Shown: in pieces, positions 1 through 10,916 of the stretch
Numbering within the stretch: the stretch's first letter is position 1
Layout of the letters: each line of letters starts with the position of its first letter
Origin: Nitrosarchaeum sp.
GTDB lineage: Archaea; Thermoproteota; Nitrososphaeria; Nitrososphaerales; Nitrosopumilaceae
Assembly: GCA_965223865.1 (NCBI GenBank)
Contig: OZ245020.1
Location: 1,664,001-1,728,000 of the forward strand
Length of the DNA: 64,000 bases
Direction: 5' to 3'
Program-made: the position numbers and the translations under genes
Notes under the pieces: model-generated
Database searches by the model: none
The model's input: the letters and a program-made list of their open reading frames with translations, nothing else
What the model was told of the DNA's origin: nothing

Positions 1-1418
1 CTGTTTCAAAAGATGATGATTTTAGTGATTGGTATACACAAGTTGTACTAAAGGCAGAGCTTGCTGATTATGCGCCGGTAAAGGGATTAATTGTTCTAAG
101 ACCAGATGGATATTCCATATGGGAATCATTACGAAATACCTTTGATCAAAAGTTTTCACAAAATGGAATAAGAAATGGATTTCTTCCTGTATTAATTCCA
201 GAGTCATTATTAGGTAAAGAACAAAAACATTTTGCAGGATTCAACCCCGAAGTATTTTGGGTTACTCATTCAGGAGAAAATGAAGTGGGGGATAAACTTG
301 CATTAAGGCCCACATCTGAGACTTTGGCATATACGTTATATTCAAAATGGATTCAAAGTTGGAGAGATCTTCCATTAAAAATTAATTTTTGGAATACAGC
401 TTTAAGAGCTGAAATTAAAGCCACCAAACCATTTCTTAGGACATCAGAATTCTTGTGGCAAGAAGGGCACACAGTACACACTACACAAGAAGAAGCAGAA
501 GAAGAAGTAATGAAAATTTTAGAAATTTACAAAAATACCGTAGAGGGTGAACTGGCAATTCCAGTCATAACAGGTAAAAAAAGTGAGAAAGAAAAATTTG
601 TTGGTGCAGTATACACTACTACAATGGAGTCTATCATGCCAGATGGAAAAGCGCTACAAATGGGAACATCACATTTTCTTGGACAAAACTTTTCGATTCC
701 ATTTGAAGTAAAATTTGCAGATAAAGACAATGTGGAACATTTTGCATGGCAAACATCATGGGGAGTTTCATGGAGATTAATTGGAGCCATGATAATGATT
801 CATGGAGATGATAAAGGTCTTGTATTGCCACCTAAAGTGGCACCAATTCAAGTAGTAGTTGTACCTATTTACAAATCTGAAGAAACAAAGGAGCAAGTAA
901 CTCAAAAAGCAAAGGAAATTCAAGAAGAATTAAAATCAACGAATATCCGTGCTCATGTGGATCAAAGAAGTGAATTAACCCCAGGATACAAATTCAATGA
1001 TTGGGAATTAAAAGGAGTACCAATTAGAATTGAAATTGGACCTAAAGATATTGAAAAACAAAGTGTCGTGGTAGCAAAAAGACACAATAAGGAAAAAATT
1101 AGCCTTCCGTTTGTTGAAATTAAAAACATCAGCACAATGCTAGATGAAATTCAAATAGACATGTTTACTACAGCAAGAGAACAGAGTAGGAAAAATTCAA
1201 TTGAAATTTCTGACTATTCAGAATTTAAATCAAAAATTGAAGAAGGTGGATTTTTCAAATCTCATTGGTGTGGCAAGCAAGAATGTGAGGAAAAGATCAA
1301 AGAAGAAACAAGTGCAGACATTAGAGTCATACCATTTGAGTCAGAGGATACATCTGGTAAATGCATCTATTGCCAAGAACAGAGTATATCCAAGCCAATT
1401 TTTGCTAGAGGGTACTAA
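1..1418 (+). CDS. proS: Prolyl-tRNA synthetase, archaeal type (5' end outside window)
   Basis: Frame open from base 3 (VSKDDDFSDWYTQVV..); motifs LRPTSET, FLRTSEFLWQEGHT, QTSWGVSWR; C-terminal FARGY. Confidence 0.97.
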   Translation, partial: VSKDDDFSDWYTQVVLKAELADYAPVKGLIVLRPDGYSIWESLRNTFDQKFSQNGIRNGFLPVLIPESLLGKEQKHFAGFNPEVFWVTHSGENEVGDKLALRPTSETLAYTLYSKWIQSWRDLPLKINFWNTALRAEIKATKPFLRTSEFLWQEGHTVHTTQEEAEEEVMKILEIYKNTVEGELAIPVITGKKSEKEKFVGAVYTTTMESIMPDGKALQMGTSHFLGQNFSIPFEVKFADKDNVEHFAWQTSWGVSWRLIGAMIMIHGDDKGLVLPPKVAPIQVVVVPIYKSEETKEQVTQKAKEIQEELKSTNIRAHVDQRSELTPGYKFNDWELKGVPIRIEIGPKDIEKQSVVVAKRHNKEKISLPFVEIKNISTMLDEIQIDMFTTAREQSRKNSIEISDYSEFKSKIEEGGFFKSHWCGKQECEEKIKEETSADIRVIPFESEDTSGKCIYCQEQSISKPIFARGY

Positions 1419-1420
1419 TT

Positions 1421-1783
1421 TTAAGTGATTGAACAGATTTCCTGAATTTTTTTGGCCGTATCATCAATATTGACATCAGGATTAGCCGAAACAAAGAGTA
1501 CCTTGTCATCTACCAGAAAGGTCATCATTACTACATTTTTTCTTCTAGCAGCAGCATAGCTGACAGGTCCCAGATTTTCATCAAATTCTTGTCTTGTTCT
1601 TATTCTCAATACAGCTTCCATGAACATTTTTCTTCTTTCATTTTCATTTTTTAGTGGAATAATTCCATCTTTGAATTTACCTTCAACAAGATTCCCCATC
1701 ATGTCTAAAAAGCCAGCAAACCGAATTTCAGGTTCTTTTATTAGAGATTCACATTTTTGAACATACTTCTCATTTTCATTCAT
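1421..1783 (-). CDS. Conserved thaumarchaeal hypothetical protein (roadblock/profilin-like small protein)
   Basis: EIRFAGFLDMMGNLV..FDENLGPV pattern typical of a thaumarchaeal multigene family; start taken at MNENEK. Confidence 0.7.
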   Translation of the reverse strand: MNENEKYVQKCESLIKEPEIRFAGFLDMMGNLVEGKFKDGIIPLKNENERRKMFMEAVLRIRTRQEFDENLGPVSYAAARRKNVVMMTFLVDDKVLFVSANPDVNIDDTAKKIQEICSIT

Positions 1784-1883
1784 ATTTCGAATATGATGAA
1801 TCATGATAAATACAATATATTGATTCCCAATCATGAGAGGATAAGGGTCAGATATAATAATGAAGAAAAGTGCAATTTTCTAA

Positions 1884-3194
1884 TTGACTAGCAATCCTGA
1901 GCTTGAAAACAAAAAACCATTGTTAGACCAGTTTAGAGAAACAAGAAAAAGAACATCTGAACTAGTAAAAACTTTAGAGAAAGATGATTTTGTAGTTCAG
2001 ACAGCGTTTTTTATGAGCCCACCAAAATGGCATGTTGGTCATGTGAGTTGGATTTATGAGGCAATCATGAGCAAGATTGACAAAAATTATGAATTTTACT
2101 CTAAAGAATTTTCGGAGTATCTAAATTCGTATTATCAGCAATTCGGAGTACCACATGATAAAGGATTACGAGGAATTATTTCAAGACCAACAGTAGATCA
2201 AATTTTTCAATATTTTAATACCATCAATCAAAGGGTAGAGAAATTCATTGAATCACAAATTCTGAGTGAAGATGAAAAAAGGTTAATCACGATGGGCTTT
2301 CATCATGAATGTCAACATCAAGAACTTTTAGTTTATGATTTACAACACTTACTTGCTGAACAATACAGACCAACTAGGAAAAACAAAATGCCAAATTCCT
2401 CAGCTATAGAACAAAAGTCAGTTAAAGTGAAAGGAGGTCTATTCACAGTAGGATATAATGGAAAAGACTATTGTTATGATATTGAATTACCAGAACATAA
2501 AGTATACTTGAATGATTTCAAAATAGATATTTTTCCAATTACAAATGAACAATATATTGAATTTATCAATGATGGTGGGTATGAAACCTACAAGTACTGG
2601 CTTTCAGACGGTTGGGAAAAAGTAAAGAAAAACAAATGGAGAGCCCCAATGTATTGGGAGAAATCAGATGGAAGGTGGAAAAAGAGAGATTTTCTAGGAA
2701 TTAGAGAAATTAATCTAAAAGAACCAGTTTGCCATGTAAGCTATTATGAAGCAGATGCATATTGCAAATGGGCAGGAAAGAGACTTCCAACAGAAGCAGA
2801 ATGGGAAAAAGCAGCATGCTGGAATGAAGAAAAACAAGTAAAAACAATTTTTCCGTGGGGAAATGAAAATCCAACAGAACAAAAATGCAATCTTTTAGAA
2901 TCATATCTTTGGGGATGCACTGAGATTGGAGCATATTCAACAGGTAAAAGTCAATCAGGATGTTATAATATGATAGGAGATGTATGGGAGTGGACATCAT
3001 CAGAATTTACTGGGTATCCTGGATTCAAAACAGGCTTTGATGAGTATAATGACAAGTGGTTTACAAATCAAAAAGTATTACGTGGTGGATCCTTTGGAAC
3101 GCCTCAAATGTCTATTCGAGGAAGTTATAGAAACTTTTTCAGACTAGATGAAAGATGGTTATTTTCGGGATTTAGATGTGCCCAAGACATATAG
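1884..3194 (+). CDS. egtB: Ergothioneine biosynthesis sulfoxide synthase EgtB (DinB + FGE-sulfatase domains)
   Basis: SPPKWHVGH, HHECQHQELL iron-binding motif, RLPTEAEWEKAA, GDVWEWT, YRNFF. Confidence 0.93.
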   Translation: MTSNPELENKKPLLDQFRETRKRTSELVKTLEKDDFVVQTAFFMSPPKWHVGHVSWIYEAIMSKIDKNYEFYSKEFSEYLNSYYQQFGVPHDKGLRGIISRPTVDQIFQYFNTINQRVEKFIESQILSEDEKRLITMGFHHECQHQELLVYDLQHLLAEQYRPTRKNKMPNSSAIEQKSVKVKGGLFTVGYNGKDYCYDIELPEHKVYLNDFKIDIFPITNEQYIEFINDGGYETYKYWLSDGWEKVKKNKWRAPMYWEKSDGRWKKRDFLGIREINLKEPVCHVSYYEADAYCKWAGKRLPTEAEWEKAACWNEEKQVKTIFPWGNENPTEQKCNLLESYLWGCTEIGAYSTGKSQSGCYNMIGDVWEWTSSEFTGYPGFKTGFDEYNDKWFTNQKVLRGGSFGTPQMSIRGSYRNFFRLDERWLFSGFRCAQDI

Positions 3195-3197
3195 AGA

Positions 3198-4220
3198 TTA
3201 TTTTTTTGAACCTAATGTCAAAGCAAAAAGATTGTTTTGATCAAGCCAAATATTTCTAATATCAAAACCAGATGTTCTTAGTAATTCTTTAATTTGAACT
3301 AGTTGGTATTTGTAAGAATACTCTGTATGAATTAATTCATTTTTTTGTAATTGTATTGTAAGATTTAATTTTGAAATTATTATTGATTGCTTTACAAGAG
3401 ATTTCAAATACATTTCGATTCTTTGTTCTTTTTCATTATAAACTACATAATGATTAAAATTTGTCAAATCAAAATCGGCATCTAGCTCATCATTAATTCT
3501 AGATAACACATTTAGATTAAACTCAGCTGTGATGCCTTCTGAATCATCATATGCTTTTTCTAAAATGGATTTTCTTTTAACTAAATCAAGCCCAATTAAA
3601 AAAAGATCACCATGTTTCATAGTAGAATTAATTTTTTCCAAGAATTTTTTTCCTTCTGCAGGTGAGAAATTACCAAAACTAGATCCTAAAAAGAGAATAA
3701 GATTTTTTTTATTATCAAAGTTTTCAATAAACTCCAATCCTTCCTCGTATGTATCAACAATACCAGTAATTGAGAGATTCTCATAATCTTTTAAGAGAAT
3801 TTCAGAACTTTCAGTCAGGATTTCAGAGATATCTATTGGAAAATATTCTATCTTATCAAAAATTTTATCAAAGATATCCAAAATTAGCCTCGTTTTAACT
3901 GAAGAGCCACTACCTAACTCTACAATTCTAAAAGAATCATCGATAAAAAGCGATAATTCCTCATGTAATGTTTTTAGAATAGAAATTTCTGTTCTAGTAG
4001 GATAATATTCATCTAATGAACAAATTCTTTCAAATAAATCAGAACCTTTCTTGTCATAGAAAAATTTTGGACTAATAAATTTAGGGTTTTGTGTTAAACT
4101 ATAAGAGATTTCTTCGGCAAAACTTTTTTCAATTTTTGTAGCATGGGGTTTAAAATATTGTAATCTAGAATCGATGACATATTTTTTATAATTTAGATTA
4201 TTTTGAATAGCTCCGCTCAA
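3198..4220 (-). CDS. egtD: L-histidine N-alpha-methyltransferase EgtD
   Basis: PKFFYDKKGSDLFERI, EYYPTRTE, VELGSGSSVKT, AYDDSEGITAEFNLN, HTEYSYKY. Confidence 0.95.
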   Translation of the reverse strand: MSGAIQNNLNYKKYVIDSRLQYFKPHATKIEKSFAEEISYSLTQNPKFISPKFFYDKKGSDLFERICSLDEYYPTRTEISILKTLHEELSLFIDDSFRIVELGSGSSVKTRLILDIFDKIFDKIEYFPIDISEILTESSEILLKDYENLSITGIVDTYEEGLEFIENFDNKKNLILFLGSSFGNFSPAEGKKFLEKINSTMKHGDLFLIGLDLVKRKSILEKAYDDSEGITAEFNLNVLSRINDELDADFDLTNFNHYVVYNEKEQRIEMYLKSLVKQSIIISKLNLTIQLQKNELIHTEYSYKYQLVQIKELLRTSGFDIRNIWLDQNNLFALTLGSKK

Positions 4221-4316
4221 GTATTCAAATAAAATACGCTGAGCTTAAATGTCTTATCCCAAATTTTCTAACGATTCACATATTTCTTGATATAGTCGAA
4301 TGTTGTTGTCAACACA

Positions 4317-5282
4317 TTGAGTGAAATATTAAAAGTTAAACATTTACGCAAATTTTTTGTTAAAAAAGGAATTTTTAGTTCACAAGTAGTAACTGTAAAA
4401 GCTACAGATGATGTTACATTTTCATTAAAAAAAGGTGAAGTGTTTGTTTTAGCAGGAGAGTCAGGATCTGGAAAATCAACAATTGCTAAACTAATTTTAA
4501 AATCAATAGATGCAGATTCAGGAGACATTATTTTTGATAATCAAAAAATCAGAAATGATAAAGAAAGTTTAGAGAAAATTAGAATGGACTGTCAAATGAT
4601 TCATCAAGATCCATATGATTCTATCAATCCACGAATGAAAGTTGGAGATATTATTTTAGAGCCTTTGGAGATTCATAATGTTGGCACCAAACAAGAAAGA
4701 CAAAATAGAGTTACAGAGGTTCTACATGAAGTAAAGCTAGAACCAGCTGAAGAAATTGTAAAAAAATTTCCCCACATGTTATCTGGCGGGCAAAGACAAA
4801 GAGTGGTTTTAGCAAGAGCCTTGGCAATAAAGCCTAAGATTATTTTAGCTGACGAGCCTGTGTCAATGCTTGACGTATCGATTAGAGCAGAGATGTTAGA
4901 ATTGATGAAAGAATTACAAAAGAAATATGAAATTTCATTTATCTACATCACACATGATTTAGCTACTGCCAGATATTTTGGTCAAAGAATAGGAATTCTA
5001 TATCTAGGAAAAATTGTAGAGATTGGGCCCATTGATGAGGTACTGCTAAACCCGAGACACCCATACACGCAGGCATTAATTGATGCCATTTCAGAACCAG
5101 ATCCTGAAAATCTTCACAAAGAAATGAAAATTAGAATTAAGGATCCTCCAGATGCAAAAATTACGAAAGGATGTAGATTCCAGCCAAGATGCCCATATGC
5201 ATTTGACAAGTGTAATACAGAGCCAGAACTAGAAGAAAATAATGCAGAGCATTTTGTTGCATGTTATGTAGATTTGGATTAA
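4317..5282 (+). CDS. Oligopeptide/dipeptide ABC transporter ATP-binding subunit
   Basis: GESGSGKST, LSGGQRQR, ADEP, C-terminal HPYT..GCRFQPRCP..C..VAC. Confidence 0.93.
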   Translation: MSEILKVKHLRKFFVKKGIFSSQVVTVKATDDVTFSLKKGEVFVLAGESGSGKSTIAKLILKSIDADSGDIIFDNQKIRNDKESLEKIRMDCQMIHQDPYDSINPRMKVGDIILEPLEIHNVGTKQERQNRVTEVLHEVKLEPAEEIVKKFPHMLSGGQRQRVVLARALAIKPKIILADEPVSMLDVSIRAEMLELMKELQKKYEISFIYITHDLATARYFGQRIGILYLGKIVEIGPIDEVLLNPRHPYTQALIDAISEPDPENLHKEMKIRIKDPPDAKITKGCRFQPRCPYAFDKCNTEPELEENNAEHFVACYVDLD

Positions 5283-8200
5283 GATGTCTTTACTGATGGA
5301 ACCCGCTTGTCATTGTACGTTACTACATGGGAAACTCCATTTTTTGGATATACACCATAAATCAGTTTAGCTTTTTGTACAACAGAGTCTTTTAGTGACA
5401 CCATAATGAATTGGCTTTCCTTTGCTCTTTCTTCTAATATAGTGGATAATTTTTCAGAGTTTGGTGCATCAAGATGTGCATCAACTTCATCAAATAGATA
5501 GAATGGAGATGGTTTTAGTTTTTGAAGTGCAAGAACAAACACAATTGCAGCCAAAGTCTTTTCACCACCGCTAATCGATGTCGATTCTCGTTTTGGTTTG
5601 TTTGGGAATTGAATTAAATAAGATATTCCAGAATTAAAAATATCGTCTTCGTTTTGCAGTTCAAGCCAAGCATTTCCTCCAGTCATCTTATTGAAGATTA
5701 AACGAATTTCTTTGTCAACCTTATCAAATGCATCTAGAAATGTTTGGCGTTTGTCTTTTTCTATGTTTTCAATGAATTTTACAATAGAATTTCGTTCCTC
5801 TTCTAGTGAATTTTTACGCGTGGACATTGAGCGATATCCATAAGAAATCTCAAGATAGGTTTCAGGAGCTTTGGCATTGAGTGCATTCAAAGAATTAAGA
5901 TCAGTTGTCAGCCCTTGTACAATTGGTTCAACATCAAATGTTTCCATGTTTTTAGCAAATCCAAATGCAGATAAGATCTGACGTAATTTTGATTCGCTCT
6001 CATTTAGATCATGTAAATCACGATTTAAAGAATCAGAGTGTCGTTCTAGAGAATTGACCCGTTTTGTGAACTCTTTATCTTTATCAGTAAGAACCTTGAG
6101 TTTTTCATCGTATTCTTTTAATTTTCCTATAGAAGAGCCAGAAGTAGAAATCAATTCTTGTTCTTTTTCTCTTAGTTTCACTAATGTTTGACTTTTGAGC
6201 TCTTTTTCTTTTTCAAGAGTATTGATTTTGGTTTGTAGTTCTTCACGTTGTGAAATAAGAGAAGATTCTTCTTCATGAAGACTGTTGGCATGTGATTTTT
6301 CCCTATTTTCTTCAGTGTGTAAAGAGGTCAAATTAGAGGATTTGTCTCGATACTCGTTCATTATTACAGTATACTGTTTTTCAATTTCGGATTTTTTTTC
6401 ATTAATTTTAGATAGTTGATTTGCAATACGGGTTTGTTCCCCACTTGCATAATTTTCTTCAACTATTGCAATTCTTTCATTCAGAGATTCGATATGAGAC
6501 TCGTAAGTAGTTATTTCAACTGGAAGGTTACTATTTTTTTTATTTAATTCAGAAATTCTTTTAGAAAGTTGTTCCTTCATTTTAATGGCAGAGGAGATTC
6601 TTGATTTTAGATTAGAATAATTCTCATCAGTTGAAGCAAATCCCTTTTCTGATATTGAAAGCCTTTCCACATAGCTATGAATTGAACCTTCTATTTTCTT
6701 CAAAGAGTGTTTTTTCTTTAACACATATTTTTTCAGTAGGCTAATTGAATGAAGGAGTCCTTCAATATCTGTACTCATTGAGATGATTTTTGTTAATTTT
6801 GAGATTTTTGAGTTAATATCAATGATAATTGCACCGCCTTTAGCCTCAAAATACTCTCCATTTATGGTCACTGCCTTGTAGCCAAGTTTTGATATTCTAT
6901 GTGCTGCCTCTTGAGTTTCAGTTAAGATCACATTACCAAACAAAAATGTCTTTAGTGCAGAATATTTTTCGTTACATTTTACATAATCAGATAAAACTCC
7001 TAAAACGGCAGGATCTTTTGGGAGGTTCAATTTGAATTTAGGAATTGCATCAAAAGGGATAATTTTCAGTTTAGGCAAATTTTTAGAGCGAACAACTTCA
7101 GCGATACTAAGCAAAGTTGCAAAGTCTTGAACAACAATTGATTTAATCCAATCAGAACTTGCTGCAAGTATAGGACGTTCATACTTTTTGTCCCAAGAAA
7201 TCATCTCATAGACTAGTCCAACGATTCCAAGTTTTTCAGCATCTTCTTTTAATTTAGCAATTGTATAATCTTCATGCATAATTCCTTTGACAGTTTTAAT
7301 TTTTGTTTCATATTGTGCTGCAGCTTTGCTAGATTTTTCTAAAATTAAATCGAGTTCTTCAATATCATGAAGAGTTTTAGATTTTTTATGATTTAATTTT
7401 GTAATTCTTGTTTTGAGTTCCTTAATAGTTGCATTATGATTATTGAGAATAGATTCTAATCTTATTTTTAGGTTTGATAGTTTCTCGATGTCTAATTCTA
7501 ATTCAGTTAATTTTGAGGCGTTAAATTTTACTTTGGCATCTAACTCTTCTTTTTCGTGTTCGGCCTTCGATAATTTTAATTTTACATCATTTATCTGGTT
7601 TGATAGCAATTTTATTTTATCATCTATTTCAGATTTTTTTGATGCAATAGCAGATTGTTCATTTAAAATTTTACTTCTTTCAGAATCGATTAATTCCAAG
7701 TCATCGTTGATTTTTTTCTTTTTAGAATCTGTTTGATCCAAGGTATTTTGGATTTGTTGAATTTTTGATTCAAGCTCCTTGCGAGAGTGCTCAATAGATT
7801 CTAGTTCTGTTTTAATTTCGGGTATTCTTTTATCTATTTGTTGGACCCTTTTAGTTGATGCAACTATTGAGCTATTATCAATTTCATATTGCTCCATTGC
7901 TGCACTTAATTCAGAGTCAATGGCTGCCTTTGCTTGGCTATAATCATCTGCTTGAGCCATAAGTTTTGATTTTTCTGATTCTAACTGAGAGATTTCATTT
8001 CTAATTATGCTTCTTTCTTCCTCAGATTTCTTAATTTCAGAGGAAATATTTGTCAATGTTTCCTCTTTTGTGCATTTTTTACTTGTAACACCCTTGAGTT
8101 TGTTTGCTGCAGCAATTGCTTTGTAACGATTTAATTCACGCTCAAGTAGATCATACCTGAGTTTTTGGTTTCTTTCCTCTTCAAGCTCATCAATTCTTTT

Positions 8201-8803
8201 CTTAATTTCACCCATCTTTGCAAGAGCGATTTCTAATCTTCTATCAGCTTCATCAAGTTGCTTAATAGACTGGGCCTTTTTTTCATCAAAATAGGATAGT
8301 CCAATCAGATCCTCTATTGTTTTTCTTTTTTCTTCAGATGTAAATTCAGAAATTCGAGTAACAGTTCCTTGTTGAACTGCATTTAATTGTCCCAAACCTG
8401 CATTGGCCATATCAAGAAGATCAAGTATGTGACTTCGATTTGTTTTCTTTTTATTTAGATAGTAAGTATTTTCTCCATTTTCATCCATCTCCCTTGTTAT
8501 TTCTACAACATCAGAATCTACTGGAATTTTTCTATCAGAATTATCAAAATGAACACTCGATCTTGCCATTTTTGGACCACGTCTATTTCCTTCTATATCA
8601 TGAATCAGAGAACGTAGTTTGTCTACTCTCATTATTTTTGGTTTATTTTCTCCCATTGCAAAGATGATTGCATCTAAGATGTTACTTTTCCCAGACCCGT
8701 TGGGTCCTGAGATGGAGATCAATCCAGGTTCAAAGTTGACTATAGTATTTTTAAATCCAAATGACTTGAAACCAAAGATCTCAACTTTTTTTACATGAAC
8801 CAA
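5279..8803 (-). CDS. smc: Chromosome segregation protein SMC
   Basis: GFKSF, GPNGSGKSN, long coiled coils with hinge, ISGGEK, FDEVDAHLD. Confidence 0.97.
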   Translation of the reverse strand: MVHVKKVEIFGFKSFGFKNTIVNFEPGLISISGPNGSGKSNILDAIIFAMGENKPKIMRVDKLRSLIHDIEGNRRGPKMARSSVHFDNSDRKIPVDSDVVEITREMDENGENTYYLNKKKTNRSHILDLLDMANAGLGQLNAVQQGTVTRISEFTSEEKRKTIEDLIGLSYFDEKKAQSIKQLDEADRRLEIALAKMGEIKKRIDELEEERNQKLRYDLLERELNRYKAIAAANKLKGVTSKKCTKEETLTNISSEIKKSEEERSIIRNEISQLESEKSKLMAQADDYSQAKAAIDSELSAAMEQYEIDNSSIVASTKRVQQIDKRIPEIKTELESIEHSRKELESKIQQIQNTLDQTDSKKKKINDDLELIDSERSKILNEQSAIASKKSEIDDKIKLLSNQINDVKLKLSKAEHEKEELDAKVKFNASKLTELELDIEKLSNLKIRLESILNNHNATIKELKTRITKLNHKKSKTLHDIEELDLILEKSSKAAAQYETKIKTVKGIMHEDYTIAKLKEDAEKLGIVGLVYEMISWDKKYERPILAASSDWIKSIVVQDFATLLSIAEVVRSKNLPKLKIIPFDAIPKFKLNLPKDPAVLGVLSDYVKCNEKYSALKTFLFGNVILTETQEAAHRISKLGYKAVTINGEYFEAKGGAIIIDINSKISKLTKIISMSTDIEGLLHSISLLKKYVLKKKHSLKKIEGSIHSYVERLSISEKGFASTDENYSNLKSRISSAIKMKEQLSKRISELNKKNSNLPVEITTYESHIESLNERIAIVEENYASGEQTRIANQLSKINEKKSEIEKQYTVIMNEYRDKSSNLTSLHTEENREKSHANSLHEEESSLISQREELQTKINTLEKEKELKSQTLVKLREKEQELISTSGSSIGKLKEYDEKLKVLTDKDKEFTKRVNSLERHSDSLNRDLHDLNESESKLRQILSAFGFAKNMETFDVEPIVQGLTTDLNSLNALNAKAPETYLEISYGYRSMSTRKNSLEEERNSIVKFIENIEKDKRQTFLDAFDKVDKEIRLIFNKMTGGNAWLELQNEDDIFNSGISYLIQFPNKPKRESTSISGGEKTLAAIVFVLALQKLKPSPFYLFDEVDAHLDAPNSEKLSTILEERAKESQFIMVSLKDSVVQKAKLIYGVYPKNGVSHVVTYNDKRVPSVKTS

Positions 8804-8978
8804 TGATAATATTTGCCAAATTGGTCGGATAATCGATGGTTAACAAGTTTAGTTGACACAATTGCATAATTTTTCTTGTTACACTATCAAATTTTTCGTA
8901 ATGCACAATTAGAAAGATAAACCTGGTCAATCCAAAAAAATCTCTACCTATAATTATCAAGGATCTCATAAATCATCA

Positions 8979-9716
8979 TTGGTAAAGATAGGCATAATTC
9001 AAACAGGAGCATATAGAACCAACCAAGAAGGCATTAACTCAGTATCAAAATTTTTAAGAAATCTTGGAAAAAAGAAGGCTGAAATTGTTTGTTTACCTGA
9101 GCAATGGCTTAAAGATAACCGAATTTCAGATTTTGATGAAGAATTTTCGGAATTCAAGGATATTGCAAGAAAGTTTTCAATGACCATAATTCCAGGCGCA
9201 TTTTATATGAGAACCAAAAGAAGAATAGCAATTTCAGCTCCAGTTATTGGACCAAAAGGAAAAATCATAGGAATTCAGGATAAAATTCATCCATTTGATT
9301 ACGAGCGAAATTTAGTAGAGCCTGGAAAAGAGGCCAAAATCTTTGATACCTCTTGTAAATTCGGGGTGATAATTTGCTATGACATGGTATTTCCCAGAGT
9401 TGCAAATACACTAGTAAAAAAAGGAGCCCAAGTTTTAGTATCTCCAAGCAGAATTGTCAAGAGAGGCATCAATCCCTGGCAAATGTATGTTCAAGTAAGG
9501 GCTCTGGAGAATCGCGTCCCAATTATTGCAGCAAATGTCAATAATCATAGATTTGGTGGGAATAGTCTCATAATTGATCTTATAGAAAATAACAAAGTAG
9601 TGACACCAAAAATAACTCAATTAAGGGGAGAGAGTGCAACAGCAAAAGAATTCAAGCTATCAAAATACAATCAAATAAGAAAAAAGAGATTCTCAGACAC
9701 TAGAAGTTTCAAATAG
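8979..9716 (+). CDS. Carbon-nitrogen hydrolase (nitrilase superfamily)
   Basis: E-K-C triad: LPEQ, DKIHPF, ICYDMVFP; RALEN. Confidence 0.9.
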   Translation: MVKIGIIQTGAYRTNQEGINSVSKFLRNLGKKKAEIVCLPEQWLKDNRISDFDEEFSEFKDIARKFSMTIIPGAFYMRTKRRIAISAPVIGPKGKIIGIQDKIHPFDYERNLVEPGKEAKIFDTSCKFGVIICYDMVFPRVANTLVKKGAQVLVSPSRIVKRGINPWQMYVQVRALENRVPIIAANVNNHRFGGNSLIIDLIENNKVVTPKITQLRGESATAKEFKLSKYNQIRKKRFSDTRSFK

Positions 9717-9719
9717 AAG

Positions 9720-10814
9720 TTAATCACCAGTGACGAATTTTTCACAGGCTGCCTTTGCTGCTACATCAGAGGTTTGCTCAATTGGATGTTTCATCAAATA
9801 TGCGCTAGCTGGTTTTATTGGACCTCCAACTCCCCTATCAAGCGCAATCTTTGCAAGCCTTACAGCATCAATAACAATTCCTGCAGAATTTGCCTTGTCA
9901 TCAACCTCAAGACGAACTTCCATATTGTATGGAATGTTTGCCCATTGTCTTCCTTCAATTCTCATGAACATGAGTTTTGTGTTACCCAAAAAGGGAATAA
10001 AGTCAGAAGGACCAACATAAATTTGGTCATCATCTAATCTTTCATCTAATTGGCTTTGAACACTCTCAGTTTTAGAAATTTTCTTTGAAACAAGTCTTTC
10101 TTGTTCTTTCATATTTAGAAAATCAGTGTTTCCTCCAACGTTAATTTGGTATGTTTTTTCAATTTTTGTTCCACGATCATTGCATAATTTTGCTAAGGTT
10201 CTATGAACAATTGTAGCTCCAACTTGACCTTTGATATCATCACCAATACAAGGAATGTTTTTTTCTTCGAATTTTTTTGCCCATTTTTCATCAGAAGCAA
10301 TGAAGGACGGGATACAATTTACGAATGCTGTGTTTGTATCAAGACAAATCTGTGCCCAAAACTCTGTTACTTTATCAGAGCCCACAGGTAAATAAGATAC
10401 GATGATTTCAGCACCAGTGTCTTTTATCACCTTTTTTACATCCTCTGCTATTTGTTCAGTTGTTTTGTCACTTTTGATTGGGTTGACTCGATTCTCTACC
10501 CATAATCCTACACCATCCAAAACAGGGCTTTCATAGACTTTGCCATCTGTTTTTGGCATTGACTCTTTTGGAACCCAGTTTACCATGTTTGGGTATTCAT
10601 AAATTGCTTCATTGATTGGTTTGCCAACCTTGTTTTCACCAACATCAAATCCACACACAAAATCAATATCATGAATACCATATCCTGCTAACTTGTCATG
10701 AATAATACCAATTACTTGTTGTGAAGGATTTTGTCTATAGTATTCTATTCCTTGAATTAATCCTGAAAAACAATTTCCTATACCTACTAAACCAACTTTA
10801 ATTCTGTCTGACAT
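9720..10814 (-). CDS. ino1: myo-Inositol-1-phosphate synthase
   Basis: VGIGNC, SYLPVGS, GDDIKGQVGAT, NVGGNTDFLNM, SKKISKT; start taken at MSDRIKV. Confidence 0.95.
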   Translation of the reverse strand: MSDRIKVGLVGIGNCFSGLIQGIEYYRQNPSQQVIGIIHDKLAGYGIHDIDFVCGFDVGENKVGKPINEAIYEYPNMVNWVPKESMPKTDGKVYESPVLDGVGLWVENRVNPIKSDKTTEQIAEDVKKVIKDTGAEIIVSYLPVGSDKVTEFWAQICLDTNTAFVNCIPSFIASDEKWAKKFEEKNIPCIGDDIKGQVGATIVHRTLAKLCNDRGTKIEKTYQINVGGNTDFLNMKEQERLVSKKISKTESVQSQLDERLDDDQIYVGPSDFIPFLGNTKLMFMRIEGRQWANIPYNMEVRLEVDDKANSAGIVIDAVRLAKIALDRGVGGPIKPASAYLMKHPIEQTSDVAAKAACEKFVTGD

Positions 10815-10916
10815 TCGAAGTTTGGTGTTATTTGGCGGGTTTAAAGTTTTCTTAAAAAATTGAGTAACGGAATTTGAACAAGGCAGGATTTTATAATCGA
10901 CAAATAAAATCACATC

